NCBI GenBank assembly: GCA_946965045.2
Contig: OX337231.1
Span: 2,852,001-2,916,000 of the forward strand
DNA: 64,000 nt
From: Epithemia pelagica
Taxonomy: Eukaryota; Protista; Bacillariophyta
Reading direction: 5' to 3'
The stretch's first letter is position 1. Each line of letters begins with the position of its first letter. Shown here one piece after another: positions 13,296 through 24,700 of this stretch. The position numbers and the translations under genes are program-made. The notes beneath the pieces were generated by a model, which did not search any database, was not told the DNA's origin, and worked only from the letters and a program-made list of their open reading frames with translations.

Positions 13296-16251
13296 TTATC
13301 TTGTGACGTCGCCCAGGGTACTGGAATACCGTCGAGGCTTACGTGCAAATACGGAATCATCTTCTTCTTGTTTATGTTTCATCATTTTGGAACATAATCG
13401 GAACTTTTCTTGCAGCGCTTTATTCGCGATGCATTCATTCTTCAGGTCTGCCTGAGCTTGTTCCAGTGATCTTCGTGCGCTCGCAAGATCAAATACATCC
13501 GTGATGCCGCCTTCTCCCTCATATAAGTTCTGTAACTCTCTCCGAATGAACCGATTAAACTCATCAACAAAAGGAAGCATGAAGTAGCAATTAAATTTGG
13601 TGATCACAGTTCTGCAAAACTGCTCTCTCCACGATGAAACAATGTGCTGGACGAGGCCACCGACGACGAGATTGGTTCGGCCTGCATTTCGTGACATGAA
13701 AGCTTCTTCCATAAGCTGCACAAGGTTTTTATAGTCCCGATCACCTGTAGAGCTAGCGACGGGAGTAAGAGGAGCCTGATTCGCAACTGTACCCGAGTCA
13801 GAATCTCCTCCAGCTTGTTCCCCTGATGCCTTGCCATTGTCATTCTTTTTCGATGCTTCTAGCGCCACTTGATAAACTGCCACCATATCGGTTTGGTCAG
13901 GCAGGGCACGACTAAGAGCACCACTGCTCCTTTCATCAAGGTTCCAGGTAACATATCTTGTTATTGAAATCATGTCGTCTCGGCATTTGGTCATGGCCGA
14001 GTTGGAGCAGCGTTGGACAAACTTCTCAAAGATGCTGCGAATCAACTGTCGGAATTGAGGATTGAGCGAAATATCAGTGGCTTGTTCCATTGTGTCGTCA
14101 GGTTCGTCATCTCCATCCATTGTGTAGGATTGTAGTTTTGCTCTCTCACGATTCTCCCGAATCATGTACTCCGTCACTGGGGCAAGGCGATTCATGACAT
14201 GACTCATTCGCATTTGCAGCCGAGCAAGCATGGGCTCAAAAGAGACACGAGCCTTCTCCAGCGCAATTGTACAAGATGCATGAAGGAAATTGACACCGTC
14301 GTGAGACTCCCCGATTCCGGCAGCGTTGGCAATCTCGTCTTCAGTAATTGTAGGAAACCGAAGGCATCGTACAGCCAAGTGAAATTCTCGCAGTGTGCGA
14401 TGGTATTGGGAACCTCCATAGAGCTTATGTTCTCGGTTTCCAACATCGGTATCAATGAGTCTGTCCCACGTTCGGTCAGAGACACCCATGGGGCATCCTT
14501 GAACATCGTGGAAGGATCCCCCATTCATCGTCTCTTGTCGCAGTGTCTCACCAAATAGAGTGGTTGGTGCGACAATGGTACCCTGAAGTGCTTTTCGCAA
14601 GCAGGTACAAAACTCATCACAAAAGGCATCGGCGCCGGCTCGGAGACGTTCCACCGAGAGGGCTTCCAATTCCCGTTCACATGCTTTGAGACGCTTCTCT
14701 GTATTGGCATATTCGGCTTGAAGCATTGGGATGATTTTTTGAACGTTGCGACGGTAGCATTCGTCGACTCGCTTTTCTAAAAAGGTCCTCAACTTGGCCA
14801 ATCCAACGCGATTCATGATTCCATTCGCTCCGGCCGCTTCCCCGGCTTTGCCAATGCGCTTCAATCGTTGGTGGACCTGCGCACGGTCACTGGTTTCGGC
14901 CTCAGAGCAAGCCTCGACAAACTGCTCATCTGTATCAAACATGTAATCTACCGAACTATCATCGTCGGCACTGGACGCTCGACCAACACGGCCACTCGGA
15001 ACCGATGTGAAAAAGGGACCACCGAGTTTGTGTGGTGAGACTCGATCCAATATGGGAGCACGGATAAAATCTTCCGTGTCTGACGGTGTCCCAAACTGAG
15101 GAATTCTCGTATCGAATTTCGTATTGACAATGACAGTTCGCGAAAGATCAGGATCGGCTTTTTGTACAATCTCCCTCGTTGCACCATGCTTCCAGTCATT
15201 TGTATCCTCTACACAGAGAATAATATAGTCCTCGCATTTCATTTTGTCAACCACCAGTCGTTCGGCTTCTTTGGCAGAAGCTTGCAATGCTCGTTGTTGT
15301 GCCATGGCACCTCCTCCACTGGGTTTGTTTTTGGGCACACGTGGTGCCGCAATCAAACCGGGTGTGTCAATAAGAATCATGTTTGGACAGTGTTTGTACT
15401 CCATACGAATGTTGATTTCACGAGGATCAAAGGACCGCATTGGATCACGTTCGAGTCGTCGATTCTCCTTATCAATGTATTCCTGAATTTCGTCCAATCT
15501 CATGGAACGTTCAATACCATCGTCACCCACCAAGTACCAACGAGGCTCGTGATGTTTGGGGTTATATTGCATTCGAAGGGCCACTGGACGTCGAGTCTTG
15601 GTCCCTCCACCAACCTGATTGAACTGAAATCCCATAATGGCTTCAATCAAAGCTGATTTTCCAGAAGACTGGTGACCAACAACTACCACTGCTGGGGCGT
15701 CAAAGGGTTTGTCATATTCCTACAGGAATCGATCGGAATTCACAGTCAGCTTTGGGGTGACCATAGACCTTTCTCACACTAGTGCTCGTTTCACTTACCT
15801 GAGCAAGTGTATGAAGTTGATTGTAAGCATCGTAGAGTGTTCCCTTGCCAGTGCCGAACGAGGTTTGTTCACTTTCATCTTCTTGCAGGACGGCTGATCG
15901 AAGGGATGGCATGTCGAACTTCAGATCACCCTCATTGAGTTTGGATGCCTCTTCCCGAATGCTTTTCAATTCAGCTTGAAAGTCTTCAGGATCCAGGTCA
16001 TCTTCCAAGTTAAAGTAATCCGATTCTGGAAGGCCTTTGGACAATTCTTCCTCGTTCTCATTGTCCCATCGAGAAGTGGACGACGACCGTGCCGATTTAG
16101 GCTTGAATGCCGATGGATTGTTGCCGAGGAATCCCCAGTTTCCTCTATTATTGCTCCCCGAATTTTGTGCTGTCACCAAGTTCACGGAGACGAACCACCA
16201 TGTGAAAAGGACACAGGATAGCCTTATTCGTTGCGTTGACAACCTGTCCAT
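13296..16251 (-). CDS. DRP5B: Plastid-division dynamin-related protein DRP5B/ARC5, 2 exons
   Basis: LYDAYNQLHTLAQ | intron 15720-15798 | EYDKPFDAPAVVVVGHQSSGKSALIEAIMGFQFNQVGGGTKTRRP; DTPG and TKFD GTPase motifs; N-terminal signal peptide. Confidence 0.9.
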
Positions 16252-16862
16252 TGTGATGTTGTTGTCGTAGTTGTGGTTTGGAATGTTGATTTGAGAAAAA
16301 AAAGACAATTTGACTTGGGGGGAATTTATGGCCGTCTCGTCTTTTTGAAAGGGTGGAGCCACTGACGAGTTTGAAGTAAATGCGCGCCCTGGAAAGGCCG
16401 GCGGAAGGAGCTTAAGAAATCCACGCACCGGGCAGGCTGGAATGTCACGGCGGGCTCGAAGACACGCCGCATCGGGGATTTGAACATTACCATTCGAAGC
16501 ATTTCAAAAGATGAAGACGGACGGAGCATGACAGGACACATGTCATGCGTCGAGCGGTGACGCGCGCCACACAAAGTGTCCATGGACATACGTGAGATCA
16601 ATTCGCGACTTTTTGATATGTTTGATCGCTTCACTACCTACCTTCATAACAACGAACATTACGAGTTCTTAGGCAGGTTAGCGACTATACGACTATACAT
16701 GATCACGGCATGTCAGTCGAGCCCTGTTTTCCAAATCAACCATTCCCGGAGACCCCTCCCTCGACATTGGCATTTCAGATTCATGAGATGAGATGGAGTG
16801 GGTAATGTGATCACAGGAAGGATTCCTGATCGTGTCTGTGAGTTCATATGCCATGCACCAGC

Positions 16863-18022
16863 TTACAAAAAGTTTGGAAAGTCGGGAAAGATTTTGAAAT
16901 GGACAAATTTGATCAAAATATATCCTGATGCCCAGACCACCAGGTATCGACCCACAAAGAAATCGAGTGCGTCCGAGAATGCACGCACAACCTAAAGCAA
17001 TGTCGTTTTGTCAGAGGCAACGAGCGCCACAAGGTTTTCACCATATATCAAGATGGACTTACTCCCAATACCTGTCCCAGTAACTTGACCAAACCGCTCA
17101 CAACAACAATAATGAAATTGAGTGGTCCTTGCTTTAAAATGTTGATTTCGATTTCTTCTTCATCCGACGGACCAATCACACGCGTCTTGAAGGGTCCAAA
17201 GCCAATATCCAACGTCACTGGTTTTCCCAAGGCTCGGTCATAGAAAAAGCCTCCAAACAAGCGCGATGGGAGGCCAATCAAAAAGTCCGTGTAGGTTACA
17301 ATCACCGTGATAATCTTGGTCGAACCAATCAAAATAAAAGTGGCAGTCAAGGCAAAGATGGTACCAGCAATAAAGGTCTCGACAGTTTCGTGTAAGGGTA
17401 GCACCCAGCTAAAGCCGTTCTTCGCAATAAAGGGGCCTACGGCTTCATTGAAGAAACTTTCCACAACACAGAGTTCCAGACGCACTCGTAGCAATCCACC
17501 AGCAATCAAGGGTTTGTATTCCTGGGCATTCTCCTGTCCAATCACTGCTTCGGCCGTCTTCTGTGCCACACGATACAGACCATCCGCAGTTGGACAGACA
17601 GGTTGGAAAGTCTTTGGATCCAAGCTTCCTTTTGCAGGTTCAATTACCATCTGAAAATCATCCGCGCGGGCTTGTAGTGGTTTTGTCACTAGAGCCATTG
17701 AGGAGAAAGCCAACGGTGCCGATGGGTTCCTACTATCTCGAGAATCTTCCTTTGTTGGCAATCGTTTCCATCCACTTGAAAAGGCCGACTCATGATCATA
17801 ATCTTCGGCAATTCCCATCGGGTCGAACGTCCTGTCTTTCACGATAGTTCCTCTGCGCGCAGCCGCCAATGGTGCAGACATGGTTGGCTTCGACAAGGAC
17901 GATCTCGTTGCACCCGAAGGCTGAAAGGCCTCGCTTTCTGGAAGAAGAAATGAAACAGACATCAGAGCTAGCACAAGGCCAGGGGACACCCGTCCCAATG
18001 ATGAGTAGGAAGGATTTCTCAT
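16863..18022 (-). CDS. Uncharacterized plastid-targeted membrane protein, 2 exons
   Basis: Signal peptide + EA-FQP; hydrophobic helices; intron 16992-17062 joins in frame to VVRAFSDALDFFVGRYLVVW...FPNFL*. Confidence 0.7.
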
Positions 18023-18149
18023 GGTGATTCTTCGACTGTGTATCCGAAATCAGAATTCAAAAGCCATTGGACTTGGACGTCGTGATGCCAAGACGACCAC
18101 CAAACATCAGAGAAAGATACGGCGCGGAGCGCGCGCGGCAGCCGACGAT

Positions 18150-18478
18150 AGTCAGAGTTAAATAGGACGGGAAGATCTCGGAGAGGTCTGACCGCCAACG
18201 AACTAACCCGTGGGAAAACTACCCTCCCACGGATTTCCTAACATAACCATGCGGGAGTCTAATGTTCCTATGATTTAGGTCAAGTCATGGATGAAATGAA
18301 CCAGACAAGGAACGAATAATAGACGACCTTGGAAAAGCAAAGTTCTAGAATAAACAACCTTATAATATCATCAGAACAACTTTGCTAAAGCAACTTGTTC
18401 GTCAAACTTGCTACAGAGGACTGATCAACTCTGTAGCGAGCCCAGTGGTATTGCCTAGTTTACTTGCGTACTCTGATT
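18150..18478 (+). repeat. 5' LTR (329 bp)
   Basis: Identical to 26480-26808 except one base (18162 a vs 26492 c). Confidence 0.95.
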
Positions 18479-18491
18479 GGTTATTGAGCCC
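18479..18491 (+). promoter_or_regulatory. Primer-binding site, half-tRNA-iMet (Ty5/copia) type
   Basis: ggttattgagccc immediately after the 5' LTR; resembles GGTTATGAGCCC, the complement of the tRNA-iMet anticodon arm, with one extra T. Confidence 0.7.
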
Positions 18492-18789
18492 AATTGTTGT
18501 TTCTAACAATTGCTTGCGCTTCCTTTTGTCGCCCTGGAGATTGTTGAGTCGACGCAGCATCTCCTTCCCTTTGCCTCGCACCGAGAGCCCGTTCCCGAAC
18601 CGTTCCCTTGCACCAGCCAACTGGTAGCCTCCTTCCAAGCTGTCGGACCAACAAGAGTCTCCGACCTACAGCCTTGGCAGTTTCTCCTTCCCCGAATACG
18701 ACGAAGAAGAAATCCTTTTGACCGACGATTCCGCCGCCGAAGACGACGAGCCAGAGATTGTTGAGATACCGTTGATTGTTGAGCCAAAC

Positions 18790-21700
18790 ATGTCTGCTCC
18801 TGCACCACCTCCTCCGCCAACAACAACTACTACCTTCCGTCCGACGAAACCCATCATGGGCGATCTGATTCAGACCGATGAAACCAAGTGGGCCGTTTGG
18901 ACCGGTGGTAAGCCGAATGCCACCTGGACTGGCCTTGATTCGTCCGCTGCCACCCACGACAAGACCCCCTTTCAACGACGCTTCGCCAAGGACGCTTCCG
19001 CCTTTGAAGCCCGATGTGCCGGACTACCGCACCTGTTCAAGAAAGGACATAATCTGAATCAGTTTATGAAAGATATCAAGGAGACATTGGAGATTCGAGG
19101 TATGGACACCATTACTTACCTTGTTGACCCTGCCGATCCGACTGTGATGCGCAACATCATCTCCGAGCACACTCGCTTCACCGCTGAGTATGTTTCTACC
19201 GTTGCTGCCACCCAGAAGAAGAAGTATGACAGCTACGATGTGCAGAATGACACTGCTGCCATTCAAATGTTCAAGGCCTCTTTGGATTCGCGGCTCGTAC
19301 AACAAGTGAAGAATCGTCTCAAGCCTGACATGTGTTTTCTTGAAGCATGGATGATTTTGATCACGGTTGTCCAAACGGACTCCGTTGATAAGTACGACAA
19401 GCTCAAACAAGATATCAAGTCACGCACGCCGTTCCTCTACTCCGGACAGAACATCACGACTATGGCCCAGACTACTCGCGAGTCGTGTGATGATTTAGTT
19501 GCAGCTGGTTTCTTTGAGCAGTCGCTTGTCCTCACCATTCTCGAGTCGTTCTTGCTCGCAGATGGAAGTGAGTTCTACAAGCAGTCCCTTCTCCAGCTCC
19601 ACTCCAAGGTCCACTCCAAGATTTTGGATATCCGCTACAAGCACCACGATGACCAACAACGTGCTATGGAAGCCGATGGTATCTCCTACGATGATATCTG
19701 CCGTATTGCTGACGATCTCTACGTTACTGATGTAGCTAAAGGACGTTGGTCGCCCGCCGTTTCGAATCGAGACTCCAAGACTCCTGCCCGAGCCTTCTCC
19801 AATTTGTCCACTGTGCAAACTCTTGCTCTCCAGCAGCACATGACAAGCCGTCAATCTAATCGCCCGAAAAACAAGTCCAACTCATTCCAGTCGTCAAGCA
19901 ATCGCTCCCGTTCCTCCGGCAATCAATCCACCCATCGCTCCAACCGATCCCAGAGCGACAACAACAGCCGCAGTTCCAACCGCTCAAGTGGATCGACCAA
20001 CTGGCGTCGTGTCCCACCGACTGACCCCAACGAATCCACACGAGCTGTTGACGGTGTCACGTACTATTGGTGTGGTGTCTGTCGTCGTTGGACCACCAAC
20101 CATACCACTGAACAGCATTGCAGTGGCATGGGCAAGAACAACAAGAAGCCGCAGCGCCCCAAACCTCAAGCCAACACGTTTTGCACCGATGTATCCGCCT
20201 GGGCCGCCCGTTTTCCCTTGTACTCGCCCATCCGAAGCGTGCGCGCCGCAAGTCCACCCGTTGAATCCGACTCCTCTTCCGCTGGTAGCTCTGTCCCAGA
20301 CTCGTTCTGGGACAACTTCAGCAATGACTCCGCTGAAGACGACGACCATGTCAACGCAGATGCCTTGCCCGACCAAGCTTCCAACGATGTCCATGTCTTC
20401 CATGGAAACGACCTTGTTCCTGAATGGGCGATGGACGATGATGATGATTTCGCTGCCGACAATTCGAGCACCGACTTGCTCTCTTTGGATGCTGCTGCTC
20501 CAAAAGCCGACGATGATGCCAACTCCCATGACTCCACCATGTCCTGGACCAATGTTGATGATCTTGTGATGGACTCCAAGCCTTCAGCAACAACCCTCCA
20601 AGCCATGCCTGCTGCCTTCCCTTCTGTTGCCCGTCCCTCCGTTCAATTTGAAGATCCGTCGTCTTCCCCTGACACCTCGAAAGCCGACGATGCCAAACTA
20701 TGCGGTGAGGTACCTTCCGCTTCACTCCAGCACGACTGTGACACGTCTGCCGTACACGATTCGGTACAGTCTGCACGTTCCCCCACGTCTGTGCATGAAC
20801 CACCTTTGTCTCAACGTGACAAGGTTCTCTCTAGTGAATTCGTGTACGATGCCTGTACAGCCCTTCTGGAAAATTTGGATCTTACCGGTGACTTAACCGA
20901 CCCCAAGACTCAAGCGCCCGCCTCTCCGGACGAACTCGATGTCATGCTCTCCACAGCTTCCGAGTACCTACTTCATCTTCACACGGCTTGCGCTAAAGAA
21001 CCAGATTCTGCCTTGCGACAGGACCTACTAGACAAGATTCCCCTCCATCAGACACGTTTGAAACAGATTTGGCTATATGTGTTAGATCAAGAAATGACTT
21101 TCGGTTCTCCCTACCAAGACCGTCGTCCCCTTTTGTCTACCACGCACGACGCAGTTTGGCATTTGGCCAACGCTCCCCTACCAGTTTTCGATGCTGCGTC
21201 CTCGACTCCTTCTGACGCTCCTGACTCGAAACCACCCCCTGCGGAGCCCCAACCAAGTGACCATGCCGTTGAACTCTCGTCGTCGCCCATGCCTCCGACC
21301 AAGAAGCCACGTACTGATCCACATGCCACTTATCTCTGTTTCCTCAAGCATCCCAAGCTGAAGGTCACTCCCGTCGATTTCTCCGATGCTTTCACCTCTG
21401 TTCCTTTTGATCATGTGCCTGTGCCTCGTACAGTGTCTTTCCGTCCTCGTCGCTCCCCAAGTCCTCGTGTCCCTTCCCGTCGTCCTCGTGCTGTTCCATC
21501 CAAGGCCAAGCCCCAGCCGAAGCCGAACAAGAAGAAGAAGAAGTTTCACCGTCGCCGCTTCCATGCACAACGCCCACGACCACCACCAGTGCCTCGCCCC
21601 AAGCCGTTGCCACCCCATCTTCGTTGTCTCCAACGGCCTTACTTGCCTCCGAACTATGTGCCACCCCACCACGTTTCCAAGTCTACTGCGTGGTCCCTTG

Positions 21701-24700
21701 GCAAGCGCCTCAAGTTTGGATTGTTGGGTTGCCTTTCTGTTTTATTGTCGTGTGAAGCTATTGGTTATCCGTGTCTTTCGTTTGTGGCCCGCCTCCTTTG
21801 GCGTCTTGGTTGCCACCTACCGGTTCTGTTTTGTTGGTTCTCGTTGGCCTTGTGTGTGACCTCTCTTTGCCCCAAACTGGAAGCCCGTGCCCAGTCTTGG
21901 TTCTACGGCCCACCAAGCCAAGACCAAACGATCCCTTGGACACCCTTTTGGCGTCTCATTGCACCGACTCTGTTCCCCTCCTCATCTTTTGCCTCACGAG
22001 AGGGAGAGAGGACGCAGCCAACTGGTCATCCACCATGTTATGGCATCAGCTCCATTCCGGTTGATTGTCAAGACAAATTCGTTCGGAACCCAGACCAGCC
22101 GTCAATATCGATCACGTATCGATCAAAAGATGAGCTCCCGACAAGACCGTACATCCTCGACCACCCCTTTCGCACATTTACCGAGCAATACGAATACCGA
22201 CAGAGGAAGATGTACGAGTACATCTTGAAGAAACCTGAGCGAGACCGATACCGTTCACCGAATCACCCCGACTCATTGCTGGACACAGAGCATCTCCGAA
22301 TGGCATGCGTGGCAGCAGCGAAAGTGTTCAACGAACTCCACAAGCTGTCGAAATGGAACGCAGCACGGCAGAGAAAGTTTCAACCGAACAAGACAAACAA
22401 GAAAAACAAATGGAACAAGAACAAGAGTAAAAGGAAAGATGAGAACGAACTCAACTTTGGAAGTGCGCGCAAGAGTTTACCTTCGAAGCTCATGGCATGT
22501 AGTGCAATCAAACGCTACAGTGCCGCTCTCAAGATGGCTCTCCAAGCTCCATCCAAGTTTCGTGGTTCCATGACCGACTCGACCATGTTCCCGATTGTTT
22601 GGGATTCGGGTGCAAGCACAGCTGTCTCATTCTGCAAGAAAGACTTTGTTGGACCAATTGAACCACTCGAAGATGAAGAAATGCAATTGAGTGGAGTCGC
22701 ACAAGAAGTGAAAGTTGAGGGAACAGGGTTTGTCAAGTGGTCTATGATGGACGAAAGTGGTGGATTGCGTACCTTTGTTCTGCCTGCACTCTATGTGCCA
22801 CTGTCAACGATCCGTCTGCTGAGCACAACACATCTGCTGCAAACCTATCCAGGAGAATCGATCACTCAAACCAACTCTAGTGTGAGATTGTCAGGGATCA
22901 AAGACGACCCAAAGCGACGCAGTATCCGAGTCCATATTGACCCAGAAAACAACTTACCTCAGTGTTATGGGTACACGGACAAAGGAATCAAGAAAGCAAC
23001 ACGAGCAATGGCAAACACCGTCTCGTGTGTTGACGATGCCAATCTGAACCTGTCCGCCCCTTCAAAGGAATGGCTCAAGTGGCACTACCGTCTTGGGCAT
23101 GTAAGCTTTCGTAAATTGCAAATGTTGTTTCGAAGCGGAGTTTTGGCTGGCACTGAATCTGCCAAACGATTGCACACTGCCATTTGTAAATTGGTCACCC
23201 CTCCTTTATGCGCTGCGTGTCAATACGGTCGACAGAAGCTACGTTCAAGTCCAGGACAGAAGACGATCAAGATCCAAGACAACGAAGGAGCTTTGAAACG
23301 AGAGAACTTGTTTGCTGGACAGTGTGTGTCCGCCGACCATTTCGTGAATTCAACCAAGGGTCGTCTGTTTACATCAAAAGGAAAGACAACAGAAGACAAG
23401 ATGTACTCAGGAGGATGCATTTTTGTTGATCATGCAAGCGGCTATATCTTTGTCGCGTTTCAGACCCACCTTAACACGCACGAAACGTTGAAAGCCAAGG
23501 ACGCCTTCGAGCAGCATTGCAGTGATGTTGGTGTTGTGGTCCAACAGTATCACACCGACAATGGGAGCGCATTCACTTCGGCCAAATACACCGACCATCT
23601 CAAACAATTTCGGCAAATCACTTCGTATGCCGGAGTTGGAGCGCACCATCACAACGGTGTGGCCGAACGAGCCATCCAGACGATCATGTCGATCAGTCGG
23701 ACGATGATGCTACACTCAAGCATCCATTGGGTCGACGTGGCGGATCCGTCGCTGTGGCCCATGGCCGTCCAACATGCCGTCTTCCTCTTCAATCGACTTC
23801 CCAACACTGACACTGGAATCAGCCCCTTTGACTTGTTCACCAGGACCCGATGGGAGCAACGTCGTTTCCATGATTGTCACGTTTGGGGATCGCCGGTCTA
23901 TGTGTTGGATAAGACCATCGCCGACGGAAAGAAGATCCCTCGCTGGAAACCAAGGTCGACTCGTGGAATGTTTGTCGGGTTCAGCAACCAACACGCCCAT
24001 TCTTCGCCACTTGTTCTGAACCTTGAGACCGGTGCCATTACTCCCCAGTATCACCTGATCTTTGATGACTGGTTTGCAACCGTCACCGCCACTGATTCTT
24101 CTGATCGAGCCGCTACCGCCGACGCTGTCTTGACCAAGATCTTTGGCGACTTGTCAAACCATCTCCATGCACCAGGATACGAGAGTTGTGATGGCGATGA
24201 CTCCGAGGACTGGTATTCTGTTTCGGATGCAACATCCTTTCACCGTCACTCGCAAAATGTCGAAAAGATCTCTGAAGCCATCGATCACACGTCCCCAATT
24301 GTTCCTTTAGCCGTGCCACCTTTACCAGCACGTGCCTCCAGTCCCTTGACACCGTCGCGAGTCACACCGGCAACACCTTTTCCGACTGTCACGCCGTCCG
24401 TGCCTACTCCCGTTGCACAGTCTGAGTCTGTTGAGCCTCCTCACGACACGAGTCCGCGCAAGGTGAGCTTCGCTGAGCCACCTGTCTCCGATCCCGTCTC
24501 TGTTTCGTCGGTTCCGAGGGAGAGTGCACCAAGTGTTGATCCAGTTGAGACTCCATCAACCAAACCAAGTGTTGATCCAGTTGAGACTCCATCACCCAAA
24601 CCAGCTGCTACCGTGACACCATCGCCCAAGACCCCGCCATCTTCTCGTCAGAGGGAGTCTACTTCACCACCAGTTCGTCGCTCCGGTCGAGAACGCAAAC

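Noticed and set aside
16430-16500. gttcaaatccc (B-box/T-loop-like) on the minus strand, suggesting a tRNA
   Set aside because: No cloverleaf, acceptor stem or D-arm could be built around it
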